Assembly: GCA_026936335.1 (NCBI GenBank) | Contig: JAPMXV010000067.1 | Coordinates: 248,001-312,000, forward strand | Reading direction: 5' to 3' | Length of the DNA: 64,000 bases | From: Mantamonas sphyraenae STR306 | Taxonomy: Eukaryota; Protista; CRuMs | Part shown: piece by piece, positions 29,742-41,306 of the stretch | Layout of the letters: the number at the start of each line of letters is the position of its first letter | Numbering within the stretch: position 1 is the stretch's first letter | Translations under genes and position numbers: made by a program | Notes under the pieces: generated by a model | The model's input: only the letters and a program-made list of their open reading frames with translations | Database searches by the model: none | What the model was told of the DNA's origin: nothing

Positions 29742-32018
29742 ATGGGCTGTGCTCCCTCCAAGAAGAAAACAAACGTGAGCCGCCCGTCCGGCGATGGAGG
29801 CGGGGCGATTCTGGTGACGACGCGGTCAGTGGCAGGCGAGGGAAGCACGCCGCCGACCCCGGGCTCCTTGCCCGACGATGAGTACCACACCAGCTACCCC
29901 GAGCGCAAGGAGACGCCCGGACGCATGGTGCACAGCCGTTCGGCTGCCTCGCAGGGCGACGAACTGGCGGAAATCACAGAGGTGGAACGCAAGCAAATCG
30001 AGTCGTTGCTGGCTCGGGCCGAACGGGAGTTTGTGGCGGAAACGCGCAGGCTGTGCCAGGCGCACAGGCATGACAAGGCACAGCACTACCCGTCTCTGGT
30101 GCGTGCGTTCCGGGAGCTGGAGCAGGATCCATGTGAACACTGGAACAACGCCTGGACGCTGGGGTTTCGGCTGTGCAACCTGGGTCACCTGGAGCTGGCC
30201 GAGGCCTGGCTGTATCTGGGGATCGAAATGTCTGAAATCCTCATGCGACCCTGCTCCTATTCGTTCTTTCTGTACCTGAGCGACGTGTTGCTGCAGCAGT
30301 CACAGGCTGGCACGCAGCGCACGCAGGAAGCGTTGCTTGTGGCCCAGCGCGGCTTGGACTACACCCAGAGTCGCGACGAGACCCTGGAAATGAAGGAAAT
30401 GGTGCAGCGATGCAGGGACCAGGCTGTGGACGACGCATCGGCACGCAGGCGCAAGTTGCACATGGCACATCACAAGGTGCGTGCGGCTGTGCGACTGCAG
30501 GCGACGTACCGAGGGTTCAGTGCTCGCAAGCGACTCAGTGCGGGAAAGGGCGAAGCCGAGGCGGACGAAGCGGCAGAGAGGGAACGGGTGGAGGCGGTGA
30601 CAAGCATTCAGGCACAGTTCCGAGGCCACATGGCGCGACGACGGGTGTCGGAGCTGCGCAACGAGGCTGGACAAGACAGAAAGGAACAGGAGCAGGCGGC
30701 AGTGCGCATCCAATCGCAATTCCGCGGCCACAAGGCACGACAGGAGGTGGGACAGCTGAAGGAGGAGACAGCGGCAGCGGTGCGCATCCAAAGCGTGCAG
30801 CGAGGACGCACGGCACGCAAGGAACTGGAGGAGCAAAAGGGGGCGGCGGTGCGCATCCAGGCACAGGTGAGGCGCAGACAGGGAAAGAAGCGAGTGATGC
30901 TGATGAAACAGGAGGTGTTGGACGCATGGCGACGCAGGCTGGCAGAGGAACCTGTGCAGGATGGCACGGCGTTGCGGCTGGCCAGCCCTGTGGGGGGCCA
31001 AAAGGCACAGCGACCGTGCAGCGTGGAGGCAGACCCAGAGGGCAATGGTCACCGTGGCGTGGTGCGAGGCACTTGGAGCACAGAGGATGGCACATCGGGA
31101 GGCGGGTTTGCAGCAGACAGTTGGGTGGAGTCGCCTCAATTCCTTGTGCAGGTCGCCGAGGATGGCACACTGGGCATCCGATTGCGTTCAGACAGGACCA
31201 TGGATACACTTGGGTTCCACTTGTTTGCAGCGGCAGAGACGCCGATGCGTCGGCTGCACGGGTCGCAGAGCGAGGCGTTGCTTGGCGAGGAGGGAGTGCA
31301 GGCGAGCGAGGCGAGCGAGACGGAGCAGGGCAGCTTTGAGTTGGTGGCATCGGACAGCCAGTGGTATGTGCTCATGGTGTATGCGCACCCGGAGGGCCTG
31401 GTGGGTGAGTACACGGTGGAGCTGGAGTTTCAAGGCAACGGCGGGGCCGGGATGGAAGCTGTGTCGGTGGCTGGGGTCAACGAGTGGCACGAGAGCATTC
31501 ACTTTGGCGAGTGGACAGCCAACACATCGGGAGGCAGTTCGGCGTACACGTGGGTCACAAACGCACAGATGTCAGTGCATGTGGCCGAAGACACCCAGTG
31601 TCACTTTGTGCTCTCGCGTGTGGACAACGGCCAGGAGGACGACGAGTTGCCGCCGGCTGCCCTGCATCTGTTTGACAGCAGCACCCAGAGCGATGCCATG
31701 CAGTCGCACGGCGTGCTCGTGGGTACCCAGGACACAGTGTTGGCCAGCACGTCTCCCAGTGCAACCCGCATTGTCCACTTGGCATACACCCTCCATGCTG
31801 GACACACATACAACGTGGTGCCCTGCACTGCCGAACCGGCCCAACTGGGCAAGTATGCTTTGACACTGGCCTCCGACAAACCCGTGGAACAGTTTCAGAT
31901 TGTGGCCGGCGGCCTCACCGAATCGGACGCCCAGGCGATGCTGGATCACACCATGGATCTGCGCAAGGAGCAACAGAGGCGCCTCACACAGTTCCTTCAC
32001 ACAGCTGGGAGCTTTTGA
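29742..32018 (+). CDS. N-acylated protein with ~5 IQ motifs and two calpain domain-III (C2-like) domains
   Basis: MGCAPSKKK start and [IL]QxxxRGxxAR repeats. GTWSTEDGTSGGG...PQFLV and GEWTANTSGG...YNVVPCT...YALTLAS resemble calpain domain III. Confidence 0.75.
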   Translation: MGCAPSKKKTNVSRPSGDGGGAILVTTRSVAGEGSTPPTPGSLPDDEYHTSYPERKETPGRMVHSRSAASQGDELAEITEVERKQIESLLARAEREFVAETRRLCQAHRHDKAQHYPSLVRAFRELEQDPCEHWNNAWTLGFRLCNLGHLELAEAWLYLGIEMSEILMRPCSYSFFLYLSDVLLQQSQAGTQRTQEALLVAQRGLDYTQSRDETLEMKEMVQRCRDQAVDDASARRRKLHMAHHKVRAAVRLQATYRGFSARKRLSAGKGEAEADEAAERERVEAVTSIQAQFRGHMARRRVSELRNEAGQDRKEQEQAAVRIQSQFRGHKARQEVGQLKEETAAAVRIQSVQRGRTARKELEEQKGAAVRIQAQVRRRQGKKRVMLMKQEVLDAWRRRLAEEPVQDGTALRLASPVGGQKAQRPCSVEADPEGNGHRGVVRGTWSTEDGTSGGGFAADSWVESPQFLVQVAEDGTLGIRLRSDRTMDTLGFHLFAAAETPMRRLHGSQSEALLGEEGVQASEASETEQGSFELVASDSQWYVLMVYAHPEGLVGEYTVELEFQGNGGAGMEAVSVAGVNEWHESIHFGEWTANTSGGSSAYTWVTNAQMSVHVAEDTQCHFVLSRVDNGQEDDELPPAALHLFDSSTQSDAMQSHGVLVGTQDTVLASTSPSATRIVHLAYTLHAGHTYNVVPCTAEPAQLGKYALTLASDKPVEQFQIVAGGLTESDAQAMLDHTMDLRKEQQRRLTQFLHTAGSF

Positions 32019-32068
32019 GGAGGGATGGGGTGGGATGCTGCGCGAGTTGAGGCAACTGTTCGCCCACA

Positions 32069-33460
32069 ATGAAGATTGCCTTTGTGCACCCGGACTTGGG
32101 CATTGGGGGGGCTGAAAAGTTGATTGTGGATGCTGCAGTGGGTCTGCAACAACAGGGTCACACTGTTGACATCTTTACAGCGCATCACGATCCAAACCAC
32201 GCGTTTGAAGCGACGCGAGACGGGACGCTTGCGGTGCATACGTACGGCGACTGGATGCCTCGGTCTGTGTTTGGACGCCTGCATGTGTTCTTTGCAGTGC
32301 TGCGCTGTCTGTGGTGCTCATGGGCATTGCTACTCACGCGTGGCCGGGGTGCTTATGACGTCATTGTGTGCGACCAGGTGTCTGCCATGATCCCCGTGTT
32401 GCGTCTCAGCAAGTCCCATGTGGTGTTCTACTGCCACTTTCCCGACCTTCTGCTCACCCAGCGTCGCTCTTGGCTCAAGAAATTGTACAGGTGGCCGTTT
32501 GACTTGTTGGAAGAGGTGGGTTTCTCCGCGGCGCGATTCCCCGGTGCAGAAAGCGGGTTTCCGGCAGCTGACACGCGTGCATGACCTCGTGTGTGTGCAT
32601 ACATTGCGGTACAGTACACCACGGCAATGGCACATCGTGTGCTGGTCAATTCAGAGTTTACGGCGGGGGTGGTCAAGGCAACGTTTACGCGGCTGCCGAA
32701 CCTGGTCACGCGTGTCGTGTACCCAGCCATCCAATTTTCAGACTACGACAGCACAGTGACGGAAGAGGCGCTGGCAGAGTTTCCACACAAGCACCTGCTG
32801 CTGTCCATCAACCGGTTTGAGCGCAAGAAGAACCTGAGGCTTGTGGTGGAGAGCTTTGCGGCCGTGCGCGAGCTGCTTGCCAACGGGGACAACAAGGACA
32901 GGGTTGATCTGGACGAGGTGCATCTGGTGTTGGCCGGTGGCTATGACGAGCGTGTCAAGGAGAATGTGGAGCATCTGAAGGAGCTGGAGATGCTTGCGTC
33001 GTCGCTGGGCGTTGCGTCTCACGTCACCTTTGTGCCTTCGTTTTCCGAGGCCCAGCGCAGTGCTCTGCTGCGTCGTGCCACCTGTGTCATCTACTCGCCG
33101 TCCAACGAACACTTTGGCATTGTGCCACTGGAGGCCATGTACTCGCGCGTGCCGGTTGTGGCGGTCAACAGCGGCGGACCCATGGAAACAGTCGTCAACG
33201 ATGTCACAGGTTTCCATTGCGAGCCTGAGCCTGCTGCGTTTGCTCAGGCCATTGTCAAGTTTCTGGAGCCTGGCTCGGGCGAGCAGCTGCGCCAACGGAT
33301 GGGCGACGCCGGACGCGAGCACGTCCTGGCAAAGTTTGCGTACCAAGTCTTTGTCCGCCAGTGGGAAGAGGCCATGGACTTTGGCGGGGCCCACGCTACA
33401 CAGGGCGACGCCAAGGCAAAGGGCAAAGGCAAGAGCAAATCGGCAAAGAAGGTAGACTGA
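32069..33460 (+). CDS. ALG2: Alpha-1,3/1,6-mannosyltransferase ALG2; exons 32069-32515, 32615-33460
   Basis: HPDLGIGGAE, FYCHFPD, LSINRFERKKN and NEHFGIVPLEAM. Confidence 0.95.
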
Positions 33461-33595
33461 AGGGTGGAGTGTGCGACGCAGACGGAAAATATGATTGCAA
33501 ATGAACTGGCCGAACGCAACTCGAGTGAATGTGTGCGTGAAGAAGCAGGGGGGTGGGGGGGGGGGCAGGAACTTTTCCACATCGCGATCATGCAT

Positions 33596-34411
33596 TTACG
33601 AAGCGTACTTCTCGGTCCACTCCTTGGCGGTGGCGTCAAAGGCCTCCTTGTCGTTGGTGAACTGATCGGCAATCTCGGGCATGAGCGAGCCCTTGGCGTC
33701 GGGGAACATCAGCAGGGAGAGGATGGCCTCGAGAACGCTGACAAGGTTCATGGACGGGGCCCACTCGTCCTTGAGGATGGGGAGGCAGATTCCTCCGTCC
33801 TCCTTGATGTTGGGGTGGTAGACGCGGGTCGTGAAGTGCACGCTGGGCGGCTGGAACGGGTAGTTGGACGGGAACTTGATGTCCAGGAAGAAGACACCAC
33901 CCTCATACGGGGTCTCCTCCTGTGTGCACACGTGTCCATGCGGCGGGGGTTCCGTGTGAGCAGCAGCATGGCGGTGCAGCGGGCGGGTCTCGCGCAGAGA
34001 GGGTTTCGAGGGGTCCCAAAAAAAAAAGGCCCGCACGGTAACCGGGCTCATACGCAGGCACGTACAGGTCCCTCAATGGTGGCGGTCCACTTGGTGAGGT
34101 CGTCGTCGGACGGCGTGGCGGTGATGGTCTCCGGCAGTTCCTCGCAGGCGCGGATTTCCTGTGCAAGGCCAGAGGCGTCAGTCGGAAGGCCGGAAAAAGA
34201 TGTGGGGGCTGGCCGCAAACGTCGCAGGGCGCCCGTGCGAGCGGATACAGACGGTGGGCGTGTGACGACGCAGGCACACGGCAAGCACACATGTTGCACA
34301 CACGTCTCGTATGGGTTTGCAGACACCTGCAGGCGTTGGTGCGTGTGGAGCGGCCCGAGTGCATGCATCGGCGGTTGTGCAACTCACCTTGTTCATAGCA
34401 CGGCTGGACAT
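33596..34411 (-). CDS. Ubiquitin-conjugating enzyme E2 (UBC4/5-like); exons 34411-34388, 34158-34066, 33919-33596
   Basis: WTATIEGP|EETPYEGGVFFL, YPFQPP and YHPNIKEDGGICL (catalytic Cys). Confidence 0.92.
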
Positions 34412-34577
34412 GATTGTACTGTGGTGGGATTGGGTGGACGGGGTTGTGTGTTCTTGTGTGTTCCTTGGCTAGGTGCGGCGATGCAGATGGGTGGAGTTGA
34501 AACGGGGTTTGTTTCCTTCCGGGTGTGGTTTTTCGGGTGGCAGCGCAAGCGCTGCCAACCTGCAGCCATCCGATTTG

Positions 34578-36440
34578 ATGCAACACTTCTGGGAAACACA
34601 CCACGACAAACTCGTGGACACATGCATTGTCACAGCAGACGCCGTACGAGGCATTCAGAGGGTAAATGACGACGACACTGTCGACGCACAGCTTGTTGCG
34701 CAACTCGACTCACTTGCCCGCATGGTCATGGACGACACGTTCCGGTAAGCGCAGATTTAGGCTGTTCCGTGCCCAGAGGGAAAAGCATCAAAAGTCGTGT
34801 TGGCAACAGGTCACCCCTCGTCCTGTTTACTGACACCAGAACTGTTCAGCTCCGACAAGGACACGCTGGAGGCCCTGGGCCATGCCATGGCCACGTGTAT
34901 GGCACGCGCTCTGGACGACACCACTGATGCAAGCGTATCGGCGCGCTTGGAGGAGCTCAAGAGGGTGTTGAGAATTTCCCGGAATCTGAGCGTGCACTCG
35001 TCTGCGTGCAAGTCGCTGCTCATCTCGCACGAACTGCCCCAGTTGGCGGCCTCGGCCCTGATGTGGATTTGCCAGACTCAGGAGCAGCAGAACAATTCCC
35101 ATGGCGTGCATCCTGCCTTTCAGACTGCCCTCATGGCTTGCACACAGGCGCTGGCCAACCTGACGGCCGGGGCGAGTCCAGAGCAGCGCCAGGCGGTCTG
35201 GGATGCCATCCAGGAGGAGTGCATCGACACCATGCTGCACCAGGACACTTTAGACATGGTGTCTGCCAAGGCCATGTCACCATTCATGTGCTGTGTCTAC
35301 AACTGCATGTGCGATGCACGTCTGGAGTGCACAGCCGCGTTCTGCTCCTTGGATGCCCGTGAGGACAGGTTGCCACGTTTGATGCAGCTGTGTGATAAGC
35401 ATGTGAGCGAAGCAGAGGATGAGCAACAGCACGGTGGGCCCGCAGATGTCTATCAGTGGCTCTTGCTCGTGTTTGAGCGCATTGTGCACACAGAGGGCTG
35501 CTTCCAGCGCCTGCTGGAGGCTTCCGAACAGGCAAGCGCACACCAAATCACGGCATTGCAAATGTTGGATGGCCACGTGCACAGTTTGTCCACCAACAAG
35601 CACACCCGCGGCGAGGAACCGCCCACAACGCGCAAAGGGATTTCCACAGCCAACCAGGAGCTCCTCGACTCGATCATGCACCCCACGACCATTCGGTCCT
35701 TGTGTGCATTGTTTTGCAACCTTATGGCGATCGATGCAGAGGGATCATCATCATCGTCGTCGTCGTCGTCGTCCTCCGCCTCATCATCCTCATCGTCCTC
35801 CTCATTGTCCTCGTTCTCCCTTGGCACAGAGAGCACGTCAGACATGGAAAAGGTGTCGGATGTGCAACTGCTGCAGTTCTCCGACCTGCACAATCTGAAC
35901 ATGGACGAGTCGCACGTGCTGTGCCTGCAGCTGCTCCTGAACATCATGGGCCCTGTGAGCATGTTGGCAGATGCAGCGACAAAGGACGGTCTGGTGGACG
36001 ACGCACAACTCATGCGTTGCATTCTCAAGCTGTTGGGCTATGTGGTGCTGTCGGAAAAGGCTGTGGTGGACAAGGACAGCCAACCGCGTGGTGCCTCGCA
36101 GCAGAGCGTCAGCCTGCGCGTGGACATCCTGCGCTGTGTGGCCAACTTGTGTTTTGAACACAAGGGCAGCCAGGATGCAGTGCGTGAGCTCAACGCCATC
36201 CCGCTGCTGCTCAATCAGTGCAACTTTGATGACCACAAGATGTTCCAGCGCGAGTGGGCGCTCTTTGCCATTCGCAACATCTGCATTGGCAACGACGAGA
36301 ACCAGCGCGTGGTGGCTATGTTTGAGATGCAGGGAGTGTCCGAGGTCGACCAGCAGAAGCTTGACGACTGGGGCATGGAGGCTGAGTTTGACGACACTGG
36401 TCATCTTCGCTTCAAGCGCAAGGAGGAGGAGGAGGAGTGA
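34578..36440 (+). CDS. ATXN10: Ataxin-10 homolog; exons 34578-34744, 34850-36440
   Basis: C-terminal ANLCF...QDAVRELNAIPLLLNQC..DD....REWALFAIRNIC..NDENQ. The phase-2 intron is GTAAGC...CTGAC...TTCAG. Confidence 0.85.
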
Positions 36441-36540
36441 CACACCCACATCGTACATAGAGGTGTCACTCTGCACATGAGAACAATCCAATCCATCCAA
36501 CCATCGCACCCGCCATCGCATCCATCTCATCACCAAACGC

Positions 36541-37741
36541 ATGTTTGCTCGTCGTGCTTCCGTCATCAGCGTTCCTGCCAAGGTTTGCCAACCTGCGGCA
36601 ACACGCGCCTTTACCGTGTCAGCCGTCGCCGATGACAAGGTCGGCTTCATTGGTCTGGGCAACATGGGCGGGCCCATGGCTGCCAACCTGCTCAAGGCCG
36701 GCAACGATCTCGTCGTGTTTGACACCAACGACGCGGCCATGCAAAAGGCCGCCTCCAACGGTGCCAGCACCGCCTCGTCGCCTGCCGAGGTTGCTGAACA
36801 GGCCGACGTGGTGATCACCATGCTCCCGTCCTCGCCCCATGTGGACAACGTGTACAACAACCCGGACTACGGCGTGTTCTCCACAGTTCGCCCCAACACG
36901 CTGCTCATCGACACGTCCACCATCGACCCGAATGTCTCCATGCGCGTCGCAAAGGAGGCCCGCGATAAGGCGGATTGCCCCATGATTGATGCTCCCGTAT
37001 CTGGCGGTAAGTTGGAACAATGGGTGCCACACAGCGGCGACCGGAACGCTTGTTGCGTTGGGGAGACCATCGAGACCCTCTCCCAACGTCCACTCCGCTC
37101 CAACCTCCGCTGCGTCTGTGTGTCGGCATGTCACTCACACACCTCGCGGGGCACTTGGTCCACTGTCCACCCTCAATCTCTGCATCCCTTCCGTCCTTCT
37201 CCGTCCCGTAGGCGTGGGAGGCGCCACTGCAGGCACTTTGACCTTCATGGTCGGCGGCGCAGCGCTTGACTTTCAGCGTGCTGTGCCCTTCCTGGAGGGC
37301 ATGGGCGCCAACCTGGTGCACTGTGGCGACAATGGCACGGGCCAGGTCGCCAAGGTGTGCAACAACCTGGTGCTGGGCATTAGCATGATCGGAGTTTCCG
37401 AGGCCATGAACCTCGGCAAGACCCTGGGCATCGACCCCAAGGCTCTGGCTGGCATCATCAACACCAGCTCCGGTCGTTGCTGGAGCTCCGACACCTACAA
37501 CCCGTGCCCGGGCGTCATGGAGGGTGTCCCTTCCGCAAACAACTACGAGGGAGGCTTTGGTGCCGATCTGATGAAGAAGGATCTGGGCCTGGCCATCTCT
37601 GCTGCCGCCACTGCACGCACCCCGTTGCCCATGGGCAGTGCCGCACACTCCATCTACGAGATTCTCTCTGCCAACGGATACGGCAAGAAGGACTTTAGCT
37701 CTGTGTTTGCCTTTTTTGAGCGTGAGGAAAAAGACATGTGA
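36541..37741 (+). CDS. HIBADH: 3-hydroxyisobutyrate dehydrogenase, mitochondrial; exons 36541-37006, 37212-37741
   Basis: GFIGLGNMG, DAPVSGG|VGGA, AKVCNN and SSGRCWSSDTYNPCPG. Confidence 0.95.
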
Positions 37742-37865
37742 ATGAATTGAACGAAAAACTCGCTGCTGTGAGCAGCTTTCCTGACTTTGTTGATGTGTGA
37801 AGTGGATGGTGGGACCATATGTGTTGTGTGCGTGTGTGTGTGTGTGTGGATGTGTGGTCACAACC

Positions 37866-40095
37866 TCAGCGCAGCGGCTGGGTGACCGTGTCAAACGCCT
37901 TGCCTTCCTTGTCCACGGCGGTAAACGTGACACTGCTGTTGCTGGTTTGCACAAACCAGCAATGATGCACCTGTTGGAACTTGGCAATGTACCACCGTTC
38001 GCCATCGCCTCTCACGGGCACACCCATGGCGCCGTCGCCAAGGTACACAGTGCCCTCGCTTGCCTCCTTGTTGTTCTTCAGCACCTTGGATCGCTTAAAG
38101 GCGTGCTCGTGGTGCTCAAACGCAACCGTGACGTTGTACTCGTCAAACACGGGTGCCCACAGCTTGCGCCCTTCCACGGCCGCAAACCAGTCAAACTCTT
38201 TGCGCGACGGATACAGAGGCGAGTGGTACATCACCATCTTGTTGCGCCTGTGCTTGTGTGTTTCCAGCACCTGCTTCATCCATGTCAATTGAGCGCCGCC
38301 CCACGGCTTGTCGTGGCCGCTGTCCAGACTCAGGATCAGCGTGTCGCCAAAGTAGTGTTCATGGTACGACAGACGTTTTGTCGGCTCCTTCAGCTCTGTG
38401 TAGGGCAGCACATTGTAGTAATGCGGCACCGTGTACTGGTCCTGCAGCAGCCACCCGCCAATTTCGTGGTTTCCTGGAGCAGTGATCAGCGGCACCAATT
38501 TCTTGTGCTGGTGCAGATACTTGTCCACCAGCACGAACCAATGATCCCACAGACGGTAGCATGCAGGGATGGCGTTGGCATACGCAATGTCGCCGCCCAT
38601 CAGGAACGCATCTACGTCCCGTTTGGCAGCCTGTTCCAGCAGCGGGAAGAAGCCCTCCCAGCGGCCTGAATCGCCGCCCTGCAGAATCGTCACGCTGGTG
38701 TCGTCTGCAGGCATCGTGTGGAACATGCGCTCTCCGCTCCACCCGTCGTCCTTGTTCCCTGCAACCATGTAGTACGTCGTGTTGGGAGCCTGTGGTGTGT
38801 GTGTGTGTGTGAGTTGTGCTCCCCCCGTCCTTTCGACACACCTGCTACACACGCAACGTACCAGTCCTGTGAGCTGCACAGAGTGCACACGTCGCAAGGT
38901 GTACTTGCGGATTGGTTCGTAGATGTGATTGCTGCCCTTGGTGGACATGGCGTGAGGAGGAGTGCTTCCTGCGGTCACGTTGCCCCGCGACACTGTGTCA
39001 TAGTACACAAACGAGTCCACGCTTTGCCTGTGGCCACAAACCCCACACAGGTGCGCACCCACGCTTGTGTCAGCTTCTGTCTCATTGTGTGTCGTCCAAG
39101 TGCCCTCCCTCTCGGCAAGGGGACGTTTGCCCGTGCCGTTGTTGGTGTTGGCTTACTTTTCAATTGTTTCGGTCGTCTGGTAGTTTACAATCACGCTGCT
39201 GCTCATGTCGGGCGCAGCTGTGATGTACACCAAGCACGGTGCCGTGCTCGTGGCCGCTGTAGTTTGTCGGCGGTGTGTGTGTAAGCGTGGCTGCGAGGCA
39301 ACACGAGCGAATTGGGGAAAAAAGGGCCAAAGAGGGTTGCCCCGACGGGACGCGTACTGGCCAGCACAGGCACATATGCTCTGTGATGTGTGGCCGCATA
39401 CATGGCAAATGTGTCTCTTTGGGACATGGACCTGTGCATGTGGGCGCACTGTGCCCCATGCGGTGTGGCAGGCACTTACGGCAAAAGTCGGGCTCAAAGG
39501 CGCGGGTGAAGCGTGTGGAGAGGTGCACCGGCTGGGTGCCCCAACACATGCCGTCAAAGAACACCACTGCAAACAGGAGGAACAGGGTGAGTGCAGCTGC
39601 ACGCGCCCCAAACTGCTTGGGTTGTGCCTTGATCTTGTTGACCACCTGGTTGCGATAAAAGTGGCGAAAGGCGTTTTCGTCGTGCTCCACCGCGGCATTT
39701 TCCACACGCGCGTAGTAAAAGAATGGCAGGAGGCCCATAGGCAGCACCAGCAGCCATCCAAGCACAAAGTGCACCCAGTCGCCAGCCACCATGGCCAGCG
39801 TCATGATCACACCCGTCGTGGACAGCACCGTGATCACATAGCGAGTCGTACGTTGCAGCAGCGTCTCGCTTCCTCCCGCTGCATCTCCACCGCCACCTTT
39901 GCCCTTGCCCAAATCATCCATTTCCTGTCCTCCTTGTCCGCCATCCTCTTGCCGTTTGGTGTACATGTACACACCCAACCAGGCCACCAGCGCCACTACG
40001 TCTAGCAGCAGGCCGTACACAATTGGCGAGATGAAGAAGAGCGTCCGGTACGAGTACGGGTCCTCCATGGGACCCAGGTACGAAAACGTGCCCAT
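37866..40095 (-). CDS. Membrane-anchored purple-acid-phosphatase-like metallophosphoesterase; exons 40095-39480, 39256-39157, 39027-38862, 38789-37866
   Basis: About 4 N-terminal TM segments, an FN3-like segment (VHSVQLTGL|APNTTYY), and motifs GGD, GGDIAY, GNHE, YH.P.YPS and FEHHEH. Intron phases 1, 2 and 0 are consistent. Confidence 0.8.
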
Positions 40096-40298
40096 CTCTT
40101 CAACGAATTACACACACTCTCTCTCTCTTCTCTACGACGTGGAACGACCAGCAAAAACAATGCTCTCCCCACGCGGTGTGCCTGTGTGTGTCCCAGTTTG
40201 CCTGCGTCTGCGCACCCACCGCAAAGCCACCCTTCCATCCGGGTCACCCCCCCCCCTGCCTCGCCATCCTTTCTCGACACCATATTTGGCGCCGACAC

Positions 40299-41232
40299 AT
40301 GAGCAGCACTGCCTCCGTCTCCACCACTGCGTCTGCCGAGCTGGACGCTTCTTCGACATCCGTCGTCTTCTCCCTGCTCGCAGACAATGCTCAGGACAAC
40401 GAGCAGGACAGCGGCAAGGTCAGCGAGGCTGTTCAGCTCGCCGCTGCGGCTCTTCGCAATCAATTGGTGATTGCCACTCCCACAGACACCCTGTACGGCG
40501 TCGCTGCCCTTGCCCAGAGCACAAGTGCGGTGGACAAGTTGTATGAGATCAAGCAGCGCAACACAAGCAAACCCATCGCCATCTGTGTCGGCACCATTGA
40601 CGAAATCCCCACGTAAGTTGCCGCCTCGTGCTGTGTGTGCCTTTGCCACCCCTGGGTCCTCGATGGCGAGCGTCCTCAGAAAAATCCACTTCGAACACGC
40701 CCCCAAAAAACTCTCCGCTGACCACCCTTGCCCTGGTCGCTCACCCCCACACCCCCTCCCCGCGAATGCCGCTTCACACAACCCCATGTACATTAGATAT
40801 GCTCACACCGAGCATTTGCCCGAGGGGCTCCTGGACAAGCTGCTGCCCGGTGCCGTCACCCTGTGCTTGCCTCGCGCAGAAGCCCTCAACCCGGAGCTTA
40901 ACCCAGACGCCCCCATGGTTGGAGTGCGCATTCCCAAACATGACTTTATCAACCAACTGTGCATCGAATTGGGCGAACCCATCGCCCTGACCAGTGCCAA
41001 TGTGTCGGGCGGCCTCAGTGCAACCTGTGTCGACGACTTTCGCGAGCTGTGGGACAAGGTGGAGCATGTGTTTGACGCAGGCAAGGTCCACGACGACCGT
41101 GCCGGTTCCACCGTCGTCGACCTTGCCGACACCGTCAACAACACGTATTCCATCATCAGGGACGGGGTGGCCCTTGACGCAACTGTCGCCGTACTGAAGG
41201 AAGCCGGCTTCCAGCCTGCCACCGAGGAGTAA
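40299..41232 (+). CDS. YRDC: Threonylcarbamoyl-AMP synthase YRDC/Sua5; exons 40299-40612, 40797-41232
   Basis: PTDTLYG, KQR...KPIAI, LLPGAVT, GVRIP, TSANVSG and GSTVVDL. Confidence 0.92.
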
Positions 41233-41306
41233 TGCGCGTCACACAGATAATAGAGGTGAAAAATGCAAATGTGATTTGTGATTTGTTGCGTTTGTTGCTG
41301 TTGTTG

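Noticed and set aside
37820-37850. (GT)n tracts here and near 29575, 38795 and 63323 as functional elements
   Set aside because: Short simple repeats typical of the introns and UTRs in this genome, with no further structure.
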